DNA of 63,622 bases, filler included, from Octopus bimaculoides (lineage: Eukaryota), in assembly GCF_001194135.2 (NCBI RefSeq). It is 5 parts of 5 records of this genome, joined end to end, with 100 filler letters (N's around TTAATTAATTAA, not from the genome) between each part and the next. Parts side by side here need not be neighbours in the genome. Positions count along the whole stretch, not along the records: positions 45,306 to 53,863 come from NC_069005.1; positions 53,964 to 63,622 come from NW_026300767.1; 3 more parts are not named here. One strand, given 5' to 3'. The position numbers and the translations under genes were made by a program. A model generated the notes under the pieces. The model did no database searches and had not been told where the DNA came from. It worked only from the letters and a program-made list of their open reading frames with translations. Position 1 is the first letter of the stretch. Every line of letters starts with the position of its first letter. Positions 51,608 through 63,622 of this stretch are shown here, in pieces.

Positions 51608-53130
51608 NNNNNNNNNNNNNNNNNNNNNNNNNNNNNNNNNNNNNNNNNNNNNNNNNNNNNNNNNNNNNNNNNNNNNNNNNNNNNNNNNNNNNNNNNNNNN
51701 NNNNNNNGTGTGTGTATATATATATGCGTACCTATGTATGTATGTATGTATGTATGTATTCATACATACATACAACTGAAGATCAGAACTGATTACAAGT
51801 TCAGGTTTCATACCTGTAATTATTGGGGCACCGGGATATCTAACACACTGCCTAAATACCAATCTTGAGAAATTAAGCTCCTCAAAACCAGAAAGGGGAG
51901 AGTTAATTCAAAGACAGCAGATCCAATCCATCATTGGAACTGTAAAAATCTGTGAAACTTTCCAAAAGTGTATCATTTAAGTATATATGAGCATGTCTAG
52001 ATATGCAACTATATACATGTGAAGATATACTTAAAACATACAAATCTGCATATACATACATACATACATATATACTCTGTTGTTGATGTTGAAATTCCAA
52101 TGAAGGAGTCTTGAATCTAGGTTAGAAACCGGTTCTTTCTCTATTGGCAAGAAATCTTGAAATAAAACTGAACAATAATATACATGCAAACATGCATGCA
52201 TGCATGTATGTATGTATGTATGTATGTATGTATGTGTGCGTGAGTGTGTGTGTAACAACGACTAGTTATAATGAGTTACATTCGGTTCGATGATGGCCGT
52301 TTGTGTATGAATGTTGTTCTGGGGGGATGATGGCGATGGAGGATGGGGGATGGCGAGAGGGGAGGGGAGGAACGGTTCCTTCCGAGGGAAGTAAAGGGGG
52401 GGTAGTGCGGAGGTGCATCGCACGTTGTTTTGTGGAATTTCACAAGGAAACTATAAATGCGAGTAGCGTGTACTGACATATATAAAACATTAGTTGCAAA
52501 TATATATATACACACATANNNNNNNNNNNNNNNNNNNNNNNNNNNNNNNNNNNNNNNNNNNNNNNNNNNNNNNNNNNNNNNNNNNNNNNNNNNNNNNNNN
52601 NNNNNNNNNNNNNNNNNNNNNNNNNNNNNNNNNNNNNNNNNNNNNNNNNNNNNNNNNNNNNNNNNNNNNNNNNNNNNNNNNNNNNNNNNNNNNNNNNNNN
52701 NNNNNNNNNNNNNNNNNNNNNNNNNNNNNNNNNNNNNNNNNNNNNNNNNNNNNNNNNNNNNNNNNNNNNNNNNNNNNNNNNNNNNNNNNNNNNNNNNNNN
52801 NNNNNNNNNNNNNNNNNNNNNNNNNNNNNNNNNNNNNNNNNNNNNNNNNNNNNNNNNNNNNNNNNNNNNNNNNNNNNNNNNNNNNNNNNNNNNNNNNNNN
52901 NNNNNNNNNNNNNNNNNNNNNNNNNNNNNNNNNNNNNNNNNNNNNNNNNNNNNNNNNNNNNNNNNNNNNNNNNNNNNNNNNNNNNNNNNNNNNNNNNNNN
53001 NNNNNNNNNNNNNNNNNNNNNNNNNNNNNNNNNNNNNNNNNNNNNNNNNNNNNNNNNNNNNNNNNNNNNNNNNNNNNNNNNNNNNNNNNNNNNNNNNNNN
53101 NNNNNNNNNNNNNNNNNNNNNNNNNNNNNN

Positions 53131-53167
<37 letters not shown>

Positions 53168-53823
53168 CACATTTTTGTATATAAATAAATATATATATGT
53201 ATATATATGTAAAAAAATATATATATATGAATGAACCGCGTCAAGTTCCTATGTTTATATTTGAACTTTAATGCCATAAATGTGAATAAATTTGTATTTA
53301 TTCATGTACCAATCCGTGTATCACACACACATACACACATACACACACACACACACACACATACACACACACACATACATACACACACACATACACAAAT
53401 ATCATTCTCCTATATAAATAAATATAAATAAACACAAGCAAACACACGAATATATATGTATATATATATATGCATTCAATTACACCCTTTACACAGTTTC
53501 CTAGAGTGTATATATGCGATATATAAATAACCTTCTCTCAAACACGGCATAGAATATATTTCTTTGTCAACTCCATATTGTCATTAAATCACCAAAAGAA
53601 TGACTGGTACAACACACGCACACACACACACACAGAACACGCATACACATATGTATATATACATATATACATACATATACACATACATATATATGCATGC
53701 ATATATACAGTTATACACTTGTATATACACTTGTATATACACATGTACGTGCATATATATATATATGCACATATATATAAATATATATATACATACATAC
53801 ATATAAATATATAGAATATATAT

Positions 53824-53863
<40 letters not shown>

Positions 53864-54483
53864 NNNNNNNNNNNNNNNNNNNNNNNNNNNNNNNNNNNNN
53901 NNNNNNNTTAATTAATTAANNNNNNNNNNNNNNNNNNNNNNNNNNNNNNNNNNNNNNNNNNNNTATATACAAATATATATATATGTATATCCTGAATAGC
54001 TCGCCGGTATATTGAAGATATTCGGAAAAGGAATATTATATAGATATAATAAAAAATAACTGTACATATTTTTGCGTAGATATGTGCATGTAGGAACACA
54101 TACGGATACACATGTGCGCACACACACATGTATGTGTGTATTAAAAAAAAGCAGCAATGAGTCCGACAAAAAACAATTTGTTTCGTCCGGACGAACATGA
54201 TACCTATCCACTTTGAGCTCTTTAATAGAATTAGTCCAACAATGTTCTTCAGCTGCTAACCCCAAGATATAGAAATATACATACGTACGTATAAATATAA
54301 CATACACATACACAGACACACACATACACACACGCACACACGTACACATATTCACAAACATACAGATATATATAATTATATATATGGAAAGAGATAGAGA
54401 GAGGAGAGAAACATATATATATATATATACACGCGTGCACACACTCATACACATGCACGCACACACACATATATATATCCATG

Positions 54484-54527
<44 letters not shown>

Positions 54528-55199
54528 NNNNNNNNNNNNNNNNNNNNNNNNNNNNNNNNNNNNNNNNNNNNNNNNNNNNNNNNNNNNNNNNNNNNNNNNN
54601 NNNNNNNNNNNNNNNNNNNNNNNNNNNNNNNNNNNNNNNNNNNNNNNNNNNNNNNNNNNNNNNNNNNNNNNNNNNNNNNNNNNNNNNNNNNNNNNNNNNN
54701 NNNNNNNNNNNNNNNNNNNNNNNNNNNNNNNNNNNNNNNNNNNNNNNNNNNNNNNNNNNNNNNNNNNNNNNNNNNNNNNNNNNNNNNNNNNNNNNNNNNN
54801 NNNNNNNNNNNNNNNNNNNNNNNNNNNNNNNNNNNNNNNNNNNNNNNNNNNNNNNNNNNNNNNNNNNNNNNNNNNNNNNNNNNNNNNNNNNNNNNNNNNN
54901 NNNNNNNNNNNNNNNNNNNNNNNNNNNNNNNNNNNNNNNNNNNNNNNNNNNNNNNNNNNNNNNNNNNNNNNNNNNNNNNNNNNNNNNNNNNNNNNNNNNN
55001 NNNNNNNNNNNNNNNNNNNNNNNNNNNNNNNNNNNNNNNNNNNNNNNNNNNNNNNNNNNNNNNNATATATATATATATATATTTGTGTGTGTGTGAGTGT
55101 GTATGTGTGTGTGTGTTTTTGGCATCATTGTCAATGATCAGCTGAAATCCGCGAACACCTGCTTAAGGAACTTTCATGTGTGTGAGGTCGAGTGTATAT

Positions 55200-55364
55200 G
55201 TAAGTACAGACAGACAGACAGACAGACAGATTGGTATGTATGTAGGTATGTAGGTAGGTATGTAGGTAGGTAGGTAAAAAGCTAGATAGACAGACAGACA
55301 GAAAGACAGACAGACAGCCAGCCAGACAGACAGACAGATAGATAGATAGATAGATAGATAGATG

Positions 55365-55410
<46 letters not shown>
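55200..55410. repeat. Compound (GACA)n/(GGTA)n/(GATA)n tetranucleotide microsatellite; related (TATC)n at 7520-7640 and 58949-59045
   Basis: Directly visible. Confidence 0.95.
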
Positions 55411-55411
<1 letters not shown>

Positions 55412-56031
55412 AGGTTTTATCCTCTACTTTGACGAAAATCGATGTATATTCGAAAAGAAAAGTACAAATTCTGTAAATGATCCGCAGTATTGAAATATAT
55501 TAAATGATCCGAAATATTCAAATATTGCGGCCCTTCTGAGCCCAATTTTGTACTTTTGACTATAAATATGAAATATCCATAACCCTTTACTCCACCGTCT
55601 TCACATCGCGTATTTTTTACGTAAATATTTCTGTGTGTGTGTGTGTGTATGCGTGTGTGTGTATATACATGTGTGTGAATGTGTATCCCCAAATTTGGTG
55701 TAATTCCTTTGTAACACGTTTCGTCGTCTGTTTCTATGAATTCTTTTTTAGTGTGCGTTAAAGTTTACAACAGTCGGAAGGCCGGTGTGTTTGTCCATGT
55801 TGTGTCTTCTTTATGCACCTCACGCTAGCGGTTCGACAAACCCGATCAAATAAAATACATTCCAAGCTGAAATGAAAACAGGGTATCGAAATGATCGCCC
55901 AAACTCTTGCTGCTGGTAATCCGTCGTTGTATTGATCCAATAGCTGAAACCGATTGAAGAATAACAGTATATACATATACATATACATACATGCATACAT
56001 GCATACATACATACATGCGTACATACATACA

Positions 56032-56065
<34 letters not shown>

Positions 56066-56186
56066 CATACATACATACATACATACATACATGTACATAT
56101 ACATATATACAGACTTATATATATGCATGTATATATATATATATATAGATAGATATATAAATACATATACACATATATGTACATAC

Positions 56187-56217
<31 letters not shown>

Positions 56218-56325
56218 TGTGTGTGTGTGTGTGTGCATGTATATAGCTACGCTTGTTTGAATCAACACTATCACATCCATAAATATTACACGACTGCATA
56301 AAAATTTCACACTCATACATATATG

Positions 56326-56392
<67 letters not shown>

Positions 56393-56877
56393 NNNNNNNN
56401 NNNNNNNNNNNNNNNNNNNNNNNNNNNNNNNNNNNNNNNNNNNNNNNNNNNNNNNNNNNNNNNNNNNNNNNNNNNNNNNNNNNNNNNNNNNNNNNNNNNN
56501 NNNNNNNNNNNNNNNNNNNNNNNNNNNNNNNNNNNNTATATATATGTATATATATATATATATACATATATATAATATACAATATATAATATACATATAT
56601 ATAATATATTTATACATATATATATATATATGCATGTATATACATACATATATTATATATATATATATATACATACATATATTCATACATATAGTTACGT
56701 GTGTGTGTGTGTACATATATACAAATATACAAATATACATACACATACATATGCATACATAAGAAACAATTTTTTTAAACACCTGTTAAGTTTGCAATCC
56801 TAATATATCTAAATATTCATACATACAGATATACATACATATATATATATATATATACATATACACACATATATACG

Positions 56878-56917
<40 letters not shown>

Positions 56918-56980
56918 CATGCATACGTATACCCGTACTCGTATACATACACACATATAAAGATCATAAGCCTCACTTAC

Positions 56981-57875
56981 ATAGATGTGAGACCAGTATC
57001 CGCTGCAATGGCCGTAAGGTATGTCCACCAAATTCATTATCAAAATCCTGTTTCCGACCCGAATGGAAAGGCGAATCCTTTTGCATGGTATGTCCGCTAA
57101 TTGCATGCTGTACAGTAAGAATTTGAGGGATAGAAGGGTCTTTTATGTCTGGCGCTGTTGATAATCCTAAGTATTTCAAAATATTATCTTTAATTAATGC
57201 CAATCGAAGTTGCATTTCATTGTCTCTTTGTCTGCATTTTGGACATTTGTTCGGTAAACTTGTCCCGTTGTCCTTGTGTTTTATGTTATTATTAATATTA
57301 TTATGATTTTTATTTTTACTATTATTAGTAGTGGTTGTGTTAGTATTACTGTCTTTACTGTTGTGATGATGAATATTTTTGTTATGGTTTTTGTTTTTAT
57401 GATGATGATGATGTTTATTATGATTATTATTATGTTTATTATCCTTGGAACTGTGTCCTTCTGGCGTATAAACGGAGATCTTTCTGTTTATGGACGTTTC
57501 AGTCTGTTGCGCTCTGTCGCCATAAAACTCATCGTGACGTCGTTTTGTGTAACCGTCCTCAAGAGCGACCACGGATTTCCCCGAATTCTCTTTAAGCGGC
57601 AAACGCAACTTCGTCGATTCCTTCCCGTCGTCGGCAGAGTCGCCCTGATGTTGCCGACTGGAAGTTGTACGACGTTGGTTCTGCTGGTGATGGTGATGCG
57701 GATGGTGATGATGGTGGTTATGAGTTTTTCGAGAGTAACCTCGCGAAAGGACTCGTCCAGCTGGTGCTGATGTACTGTGTCTAGAGTCCTCGTTTCGATT
57801 CACGCCGGCAACGAGGAGGGTTAAAGAATTAAAATACAGACCAAAACACAGAACTATCAACTTCAACCACAACAT
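56981..57875 (-). CDS. First coding exon of a TGF-beta superfamily ligand (myostatin/GDF8/GDF11- or activin-type): signal peptide, His/Asn-rich insert and start of prodomain
   Basis: ATG at 57875-57873 opens an 895-nt frame. It has a hydrophobic N-terminus (MLWLKLIVLCFGLYFNSLTLLVAG), then CPKC...RLALIKDNILKYLGLSTAPDI, matching the CxxC + alpha1 helix/latency lasso of myostatin ([22 protein letters not shown]). MQKDS resembles the tolloid-site context QRDDS. It ends at a consensus donor T|GTAAGT (plus ACTTAC 56975-56980) in phase 1, as myostatin intron 1 does. Exact orthologue cannot be assigned without the mature domain. Confidence 0.88.
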
Positions 57876-58101
57876 GTCAACGTCTGTTTCCTACGATCAC
57901 CTCAGTGACAAGCACACTATAAAATGTTCCTCGCCTTTCTTTTTTGCAGCTCAGTTTGTCTCTCTGCTCGGTAACAATATACAAAACAAAATATGTAGCT
58001 TAGCCGACATCCTGTTGGTTTATATAGCTTTTTACTAATGCAATAAAATAAAATAAACACACGCACGCACGCACACACACACACACACACACGCGCACAC
58101 G

Positions 58102-58134
<33 letters not shown>

Positions 58135-58227
58135 AGAGGCAGACACACAAGCACGCTTATGCGATTACACGCTCACACGCTCATGCGTATATGCGTATAT
58201 GCTCATAAACATGTACACGCTATATTT

Positions 58228-58316
<89 letters not shown>

Positions 58317-58499
58317 ATATGCATATGTGGTTGTACGAATGTGTGTGTGAGAAGAGAGGTGGGGAGTAATGTGTGTGTATGTGAGAGAGAGAGAGCGTGC
58401 GTTCGTGTGTGTGTGTGTACGCACACATACACACACAGACACACACACACACACACGTACATATACGCACACACACACAGCCACACGTACACATCCACC

Positions 58500-58900
58500 G
58501 CAAACTCGTGCAGGCCTATTTCAGCCAATAGGAGACTGTTTTGTCGACAAGCAGGCAGAGTTACAAGTCTTTTTTGATTCACGGACACAAACTTCTCTTG
58601 AAGTGAATAAATGCTATTTTTTGATGCCATTAGCAAATTAAACCAAAGAGAATGGATGAAAAATTCCAAGATATTCCTCAATTAGAGAACGGATTTCTGT
58701 ACTTTTAAAATTGTTTCTCTATCTTTTTTTTTCTTGGTTTTCTTTTTCGGTTCTTTTTTACGTTTTTTTCTATTTGTTTGAAGAATCTTCGTTATTAATT
58801 TTTTTTTTATTTCAAACGAGAAAAAAAAAGGTGTTTAAGTGTGCCTGTAGCTGTTTTGCGGTCTAAAAACTGATTTACGTGTAAATCCCCGCCCCAACTC
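58500..58900 (-). promoter_or_regulatory. Putative promoter region of the TGF-beta ligand gene
   Basis: Non-repetitive sequence 0.6-1.0 kb upstream of the ATG, with CCAAT (58525-58529, AGCCAATAG context), a GC box CCCCGCCCC (58887-58895) and the palindrome GATTTAC-GT-GTAAATC (58872-58887). Motif-only evidence. Confidence 0.3.
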
Positions 58901-58958
58901 GATCTTCCAAATTTACCTTAACCTCTGTTACTATCATCAGCTGTGTCTTGCAGAACGG

Positions 58959-59004
<46 letters not shown>

Positions 59005-60309
59005 CCTGTCTATCTATCTACGTATCTATTTATCTATCTGTCTGTCTTTTCGTTTCTCTATNNNNNNNNNNNNNNNNNNNNNNNNNNNNNNNNNNNNNNN
59101 NNNNNNNNNNNNNNNNNNNNNNNNNNNNNNNNNNNNNNNNNNNNNNNNNNNNNNNNNNNNNNNNNNNNNNNNNNNNNNNNNNNNNNNNNNNNNNNNNNNN
59201 NNNNNNNNNNNNNNNNNNNNNNNNNNNNNNNNNNNNNNNNNNNNNNNNNNNNNNNNNNNNNNNNNNNNNNNNNNNNNNNNNNNNNNNNNNNNNNNNNNNN
59301 NNNNNNNNNNNNNNNNNNNNNNNNNNNNNNNNNNNNNNNNNNNNNNNNNNNNNNNNNNNNNNNNNNNNNNNNNNNNNNNNNNNNNNNNNNNNNNNNNNNN
59401 NNNNNNNNNNNNNNNNNNNNNNNNNNNNNNNNNNNNNNNNNNNNNNNNNNNNNNNNNNNNNNNNNNNNNNNNNNNNNNNNNNNNNNNNNNNNNNNNNNNN
59501 NNNNNNNNNNNNNNNNNNNNNNNNNNNNNNNNNNNNNNNNNNNNNNNNNNNNNNNNNNNNNNNNNNNNNNNNNNNNNNNNNNNNNNNNNNNNNNNNNNNN
59601 NNNNNNNNNNNNNNNNNNNNNNNNNNNNNNNNNNNNNNNNNNNNNNNNNNNNNNNNNNNNNNNNNNNNNNNNNNNNNNNNNNNNNNNNNNNNNNNNNNNN
59701 NNNNNNNNNNNNNNNNNNNNNNNNNNNNNNNNNNNNNNNNNNNNNNNNNNNNNNNNNNNNNNNNNNNNNNNNNNNNNNNNNNNNNNNNNNNNNNNNNNNN
59801 NNNNNNNNNNNNNNNNNNNNNNNNNNNNNNNNNNNNNNNNNNNNNNNNNNNNNNNNNNNNNNNNNNNNNNNNNNNNNNNNNNNNNNNNNNNNNNNNNNNN
59901 NNNNGTGTGACAGGGGGTGGGTCAGAACCGCTGGAAGAAGCCAGTAGATTCATTTGCCATCTTCTTTTGACTCCACCTCCTTCTCAACTTGCTTCGTCAA
60001 AGACGAACAAACCAGGAATGCCCCCCCCCACTTCGCCGCCGCTCAAGCCTTTAGAAATAGCAACTAAATTCCTTCAAATCATATCTTAACTTTTTAAAAC
60101 AATGAAGGAAGAATGCGCTCGAGAGATAGAAAAAAAAAATAAAGAATTAAATAACTATACTGGATGGCCACGGTTGGAATAATATTGCATATAGGCCCTA
60201 CTTACTATATCGGTGTTGACCTTGAGTTAAACAACTGATCGTCTTCTTCTTCTTCTTCTTCTTCTTCTTCTTCTTCAAATTTTAAAAGATATTTCCTCCA
60301 CCTATACGC

Positions 60310-60469
60310 TCTGAGTTCAAATTCCGCCGAGGTCGACTTTCCTTTTCATTCTTTCGGGGGTCGATTAAATAAGTACCAGTTACGCACTGGGGTCGATGTA
60401 ATTGACTTAATCCCTTGCCCCAAATTTGAAGCCTTGTGCTTGCAATAGAAAGGATCATTATTATTATTA

Positions 60470-60515
<46 letters not shown>

Positions 60516-60522
60516 CATCAAC

Positions 60523-60554
<32 letters not shown>

Positions 60555-60830
60555 AATCATCATCATCATCATCATCACCATCATCATTATTACGGTGGCG
60601 AAATGCTTAACGGTATTTCGTCTGTCTTTACGTTCTGAGTTCAAATTCCGCCGAGGTCGACTTTGCTTTTCATCCTTTCGGGAGTCGATAAATTAGATAA
60701 CAGTTGCGTAATGGGATCGATCTAATCGACTAGCCCATCACCCCCAAAATTTCAGGTCTTGTGCCTCATATCGATGAGGTGGCATGAATTTTGTAATTTT
60801 ATCTGAGCCCTTGTGGCCAATAAAAGAATG
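60310..60830 (+). mobile_element. Two tandem SINE family B copies separated by (ATT)/(ATC)n
   Basis: CTGAGTTCAAATTCCGCCGAGGTCGACTTT occurs at about 60311 and about 60635; each copy is followed by (ATT)n. Confidence 0.8.
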
Positions 60831-60850
60831 AATTATTATTATTATTATTG

Positions 60851-60903
<53 letters not shown>

Positions 60904-60976
60904 GTTGTTGTTGTTGTTGTTGTTGACGATGTTGTTGTTGTTGTTGACGATGTTGTTGTTGTTGTTATTATTATTA

Positions 60977-61027
<51 letters not shown>

Positions 61028-61165
61028 GAAAACACAGCTGATTTTGCTGGGTATGATGGAAAGTGTTAGTTGTCCACAACCAACAGACTAAAGTGTCACT
61101 TGTTTACTGGTCATGCTTCAAGATCCCTGCGATTATTATCATTATTATTATCATCATCATTATTA

Positions 61166-61232
<67 letters not shown>

Positions 61233-61254
61233 CATTATCATAATTATTATTTTC

Positions 61255-61530
61255 TCTTTATCACAGGTTTTGTTGGAGCTCCTGGAGCCTTGCATGTGTA
61301 GCGGGCTTGCTACCTGCAGCCTACGGTAGCATGCTATTCGTTCTTTTCAGCTATCTAATACTTTCCTAATTATTCTGGCCGTTCCAAGGAGGCAAACTTT
61401 TTGTAACAGTTCTACTGGGCGCTCTATTCCAATTTCCTTTATATTCTTCTTGATGCCTTCTGATACTGTTCTCAAGGACCCAACAATAATTGGTACTGTC
61501 TTCACCTTCTTCATTTTCCATAGCCTGGGC
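61255..61530 (-). mobile_element. 3' end of an R4/Dong-like non-LTR retrotransposon (REL endonuclease C-terminus and 3' UTR)
   Basis: Intact frame RLWKMKKVKTVPIIVGSLRTVSEGIKKNIKEIGIERPVELLQKVCLLGTARIIRKVLDS* (stop at 61349-61347), followed by a short UTR and then a (TAA)n run on the minus strand. Confidence 0.75.
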
Positions 61531-61999
61531 TATTTCGTACTTATAAATAAAGGATAAGTTTGGTGAAGAAATGCATTCGCATTAAAAGCCATAACCAAGC
61601 GAGATGTTTAGGTAATAACCACCATCGTTATCGATCTGGCAGCTGCTGGGAAGTTTGACCTGAAAGTTATACCAGGCAGTGAAACCGTCCAACATCATAA
61701 GGAACAGAAACAGTAAAATCCACCAACTCAGGAGCTTCAGGGAGTAATTCACGAAGGCGATGGAGAAGGAGAAGGGGCCTCGCATGCGTCCAGCGGAGTG
61801 TCTCCCGTATGAAAGTCAGAGATCTTGGGGAGGTCGTTTGGTGTCGGAACAATTGAAAGGTAAGAGCCAGGAAGCGAACTTCCTGTCTAGCAAACTCGTC
61901 TAGAAGTTTTGTAGCAGATGTACACTCGCCTCAGTGATGCCTTCGTTCATGCATCAAGGGACCAAAACTTAGACTATTGCAAGCCCTTGGTCAAAGCAC

Positions 62000-62345
62000 T
62001 CACACCGACTCTGGACAGAGGTCCAAGAGTTGGTCAAGGAGACAATGACCAATTCAGCCCCAGGACCAAATCAGGTGCCGTACAAGGATAAAGGATAAAA
62101 ACAGATAAAGCTCCTTGTCGAGTCATATAGACACATAAAACCGGTTTCCCGGATTCTCTGCCGTGTCCCCCACGTACGGAATGCCAGTCCATCCCAAGAG
62201 TACTCATTTTTGCCAGCTGAGTGGACTGGAGCACGGTGAGAGGAAGTGTTTTGCTCAAGAACAGAACGTATTGCCCGATCCGGGAATTGAAACCACAATC
62301 TTATGACCATGGGCCCAACACTTTAGCCACCAAGCCATACGCTTC
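62000..62345 (-). mobile_element. tRNA-derived SINE family C (CTTGAGCAAAACACTT core)
   Basis: The minus-strand head has A-box-like TGGCTTGGTGG and B-box-like GTTTCAATTCC, then CTTGAGCAAAACACTT. Related pieces lie at about 1005-1190 and 38150-38370. Confidence 0.65.
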
Positions 62346-62562
62346 AAAAGCCTTACAAGGTGAACGAGAGTCGTCCAAAGGTACACCGCAAGTTCCGAAG
62401 AATTCCGAAGGTGATATAGATGAGAGGTAAGGTGGTTCATCAGTGGAAATATGTAAAAGGGGCCAGGACAAAACATGTACATGAAAACACTTCTAATCAG
62501 TTAAGATCAGAAGCAATGAGAGCCACTGCCAGGTACTGTATCAGGGATTTTATTATTATAAA

Positions 62563-62599
<37 letters not shown>

Positions 62600-62768
62600 G
62601 CTGTTGTTGTTGTTAATATTATTAATATTTATCATTTATAGGACTGAGGTTACTCCTCCAGAAAGTATATAAGCCAAAAAAGAAGAGTTTATTTTTTGAA
62701 CCTGTGGAAGATACACGAGATGTCGAAATATCCTTCACTTGATAACAATGGCACTCTTCTTTTTTTGC

Positions 62769-62829
<61 letters not shown>

Positions 62830-62830
<1 letters not shown>

Positions 62831-63010
62831 CCAGGTAAAACGCTTAGCGGCATTTCGTCTGTCTTTACGTTCTGAGTTCAAATTCCACCGAGGTTGACTT
62901 TGCCGTTCATCTTTTCGAGGTCGATAAATAAAGTACCCCGGTGAAACATTGGGAACGATGTAATTGACTAATCCACTCTCCCGTAATTTCAGGCTTTGGG
63001 CCTATAGTAG
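62830..63010 (+). mobile_element. SINE family B
   Basis: AAACGCTTAGCGGCATTTCGTCTGTCTTTACGTTCTGAGTTCAAATTCCACCGAGGTTGACTTTGCC, flanked by (ATT)n on both sides. Confidence 0.8.
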
Positions 63011-63622
63011 AAAGGATTATTATTATTATTATTATTATTTCATTGCCTGTTGTTGCTTCATTTAGATCAGGTATATTAGTTTTCGTTCTTTAATTTTCAT
63101 TCTACCGTCAGATTCGTAATTAAAAAGTTTTTTCCTACGTTCCTCTTTAATTATCGTTTCTGTTTTTCTATTTTTGCTTTTGTCTGTCAAAATTCTGAGT
63201 TCTAAAGTTTATTTTCTAATAATTTCTTCTTTACTTTGTTTCTTGTCTACCAATTTCATGATTTACAATGTCAATGTTTTAATTTATGCTGTTATTTATT
63301 TTACCATTTTTTTCTTCACTCTTTTAGGTGCTCGATTTCGGTTTCTGATATTTTTCTACGCTGAGACTATGTCTTCTTAAATTTGTTGATCAGTTACGTT
63401 TAAATCATTAAATCAGGATTATTTCTTCTCCGAATTTTAACCAACAAAACTGTCGTAATTTCTTTTATCTTTTAGTGGAGTAGAGTGTAGTTGTCAAATA
63501 TGCATGTAGACTTCAAATGTATTCGTCTCGTATTCATTTATGTTTCTTATTTCTTTATTGCCCACAAGGAGATAAAGATAGAGGGGACAAACAAGGACAG
63601 ACAAAGGGATTAAGTCGATTAC

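Noticed and set aside
54130-54275. Minus-strand frames that could follow exon 1 in phase 1 (here and 55846-55945)
   Set aside because: Weak splice sites, no prodomain similarity, and the 55.9 kb frame ends in a stop.
57276-57770. 164-aa hydrophobic + strand ORF
   Set aside because: Antisense shadow of the low-complexity part of the TGF-beta exon.

Overview
This is an AT-rich, gap-riddled metazoan scaffold with dense (TA)n/(CA)n/(ATT)n/(TATC)n microsatellites. The microsatellite load and tRNA-derived SINE families suggest an octopus (coleoid cephalopod) genome; this is an inference. Most listed ORFs are artefacts of microsatellites and N-gaps. Two host coding exons are well supported. (1) A + strand internal exon (28663-28904) encodes the N-terminal microtubule-binding coiled coil of a MAP7/ensconsin-like protein. 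(2) A - strand first coding exon (57875->56981) encodes a secreted myostatin/GDF11/activin-type TGF-beta prodomain, with a long His/Asn-rich microsatellite-like insertion after the signal peptide. I could not find its mature cystine-knot domain. Two more - strand exon candidates (41218->41140 and 31247->31168) have good splice sites but uncertain identity. The rest is transposon debris: two multi-kb RTE-clade LINEs, two Penelope-like fragments, a Charlie/Buster-type hAT transposase fossil, an R4/Dong-like REL-endonuclease tail next to (TAA)n, and many SINEs. The best second-look items are two minimal type I hammerhead-ribozyme motifs, several near-perfect hairpins and foldbacks (possible ADAR or miRNA substrates), the low-complexity-expanded prodomain, and a possible antisense nesting of the TGF-beta gene in a MAP7 intron. 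No CRISPR, rRNA or bona fide tRNA genes were seen.
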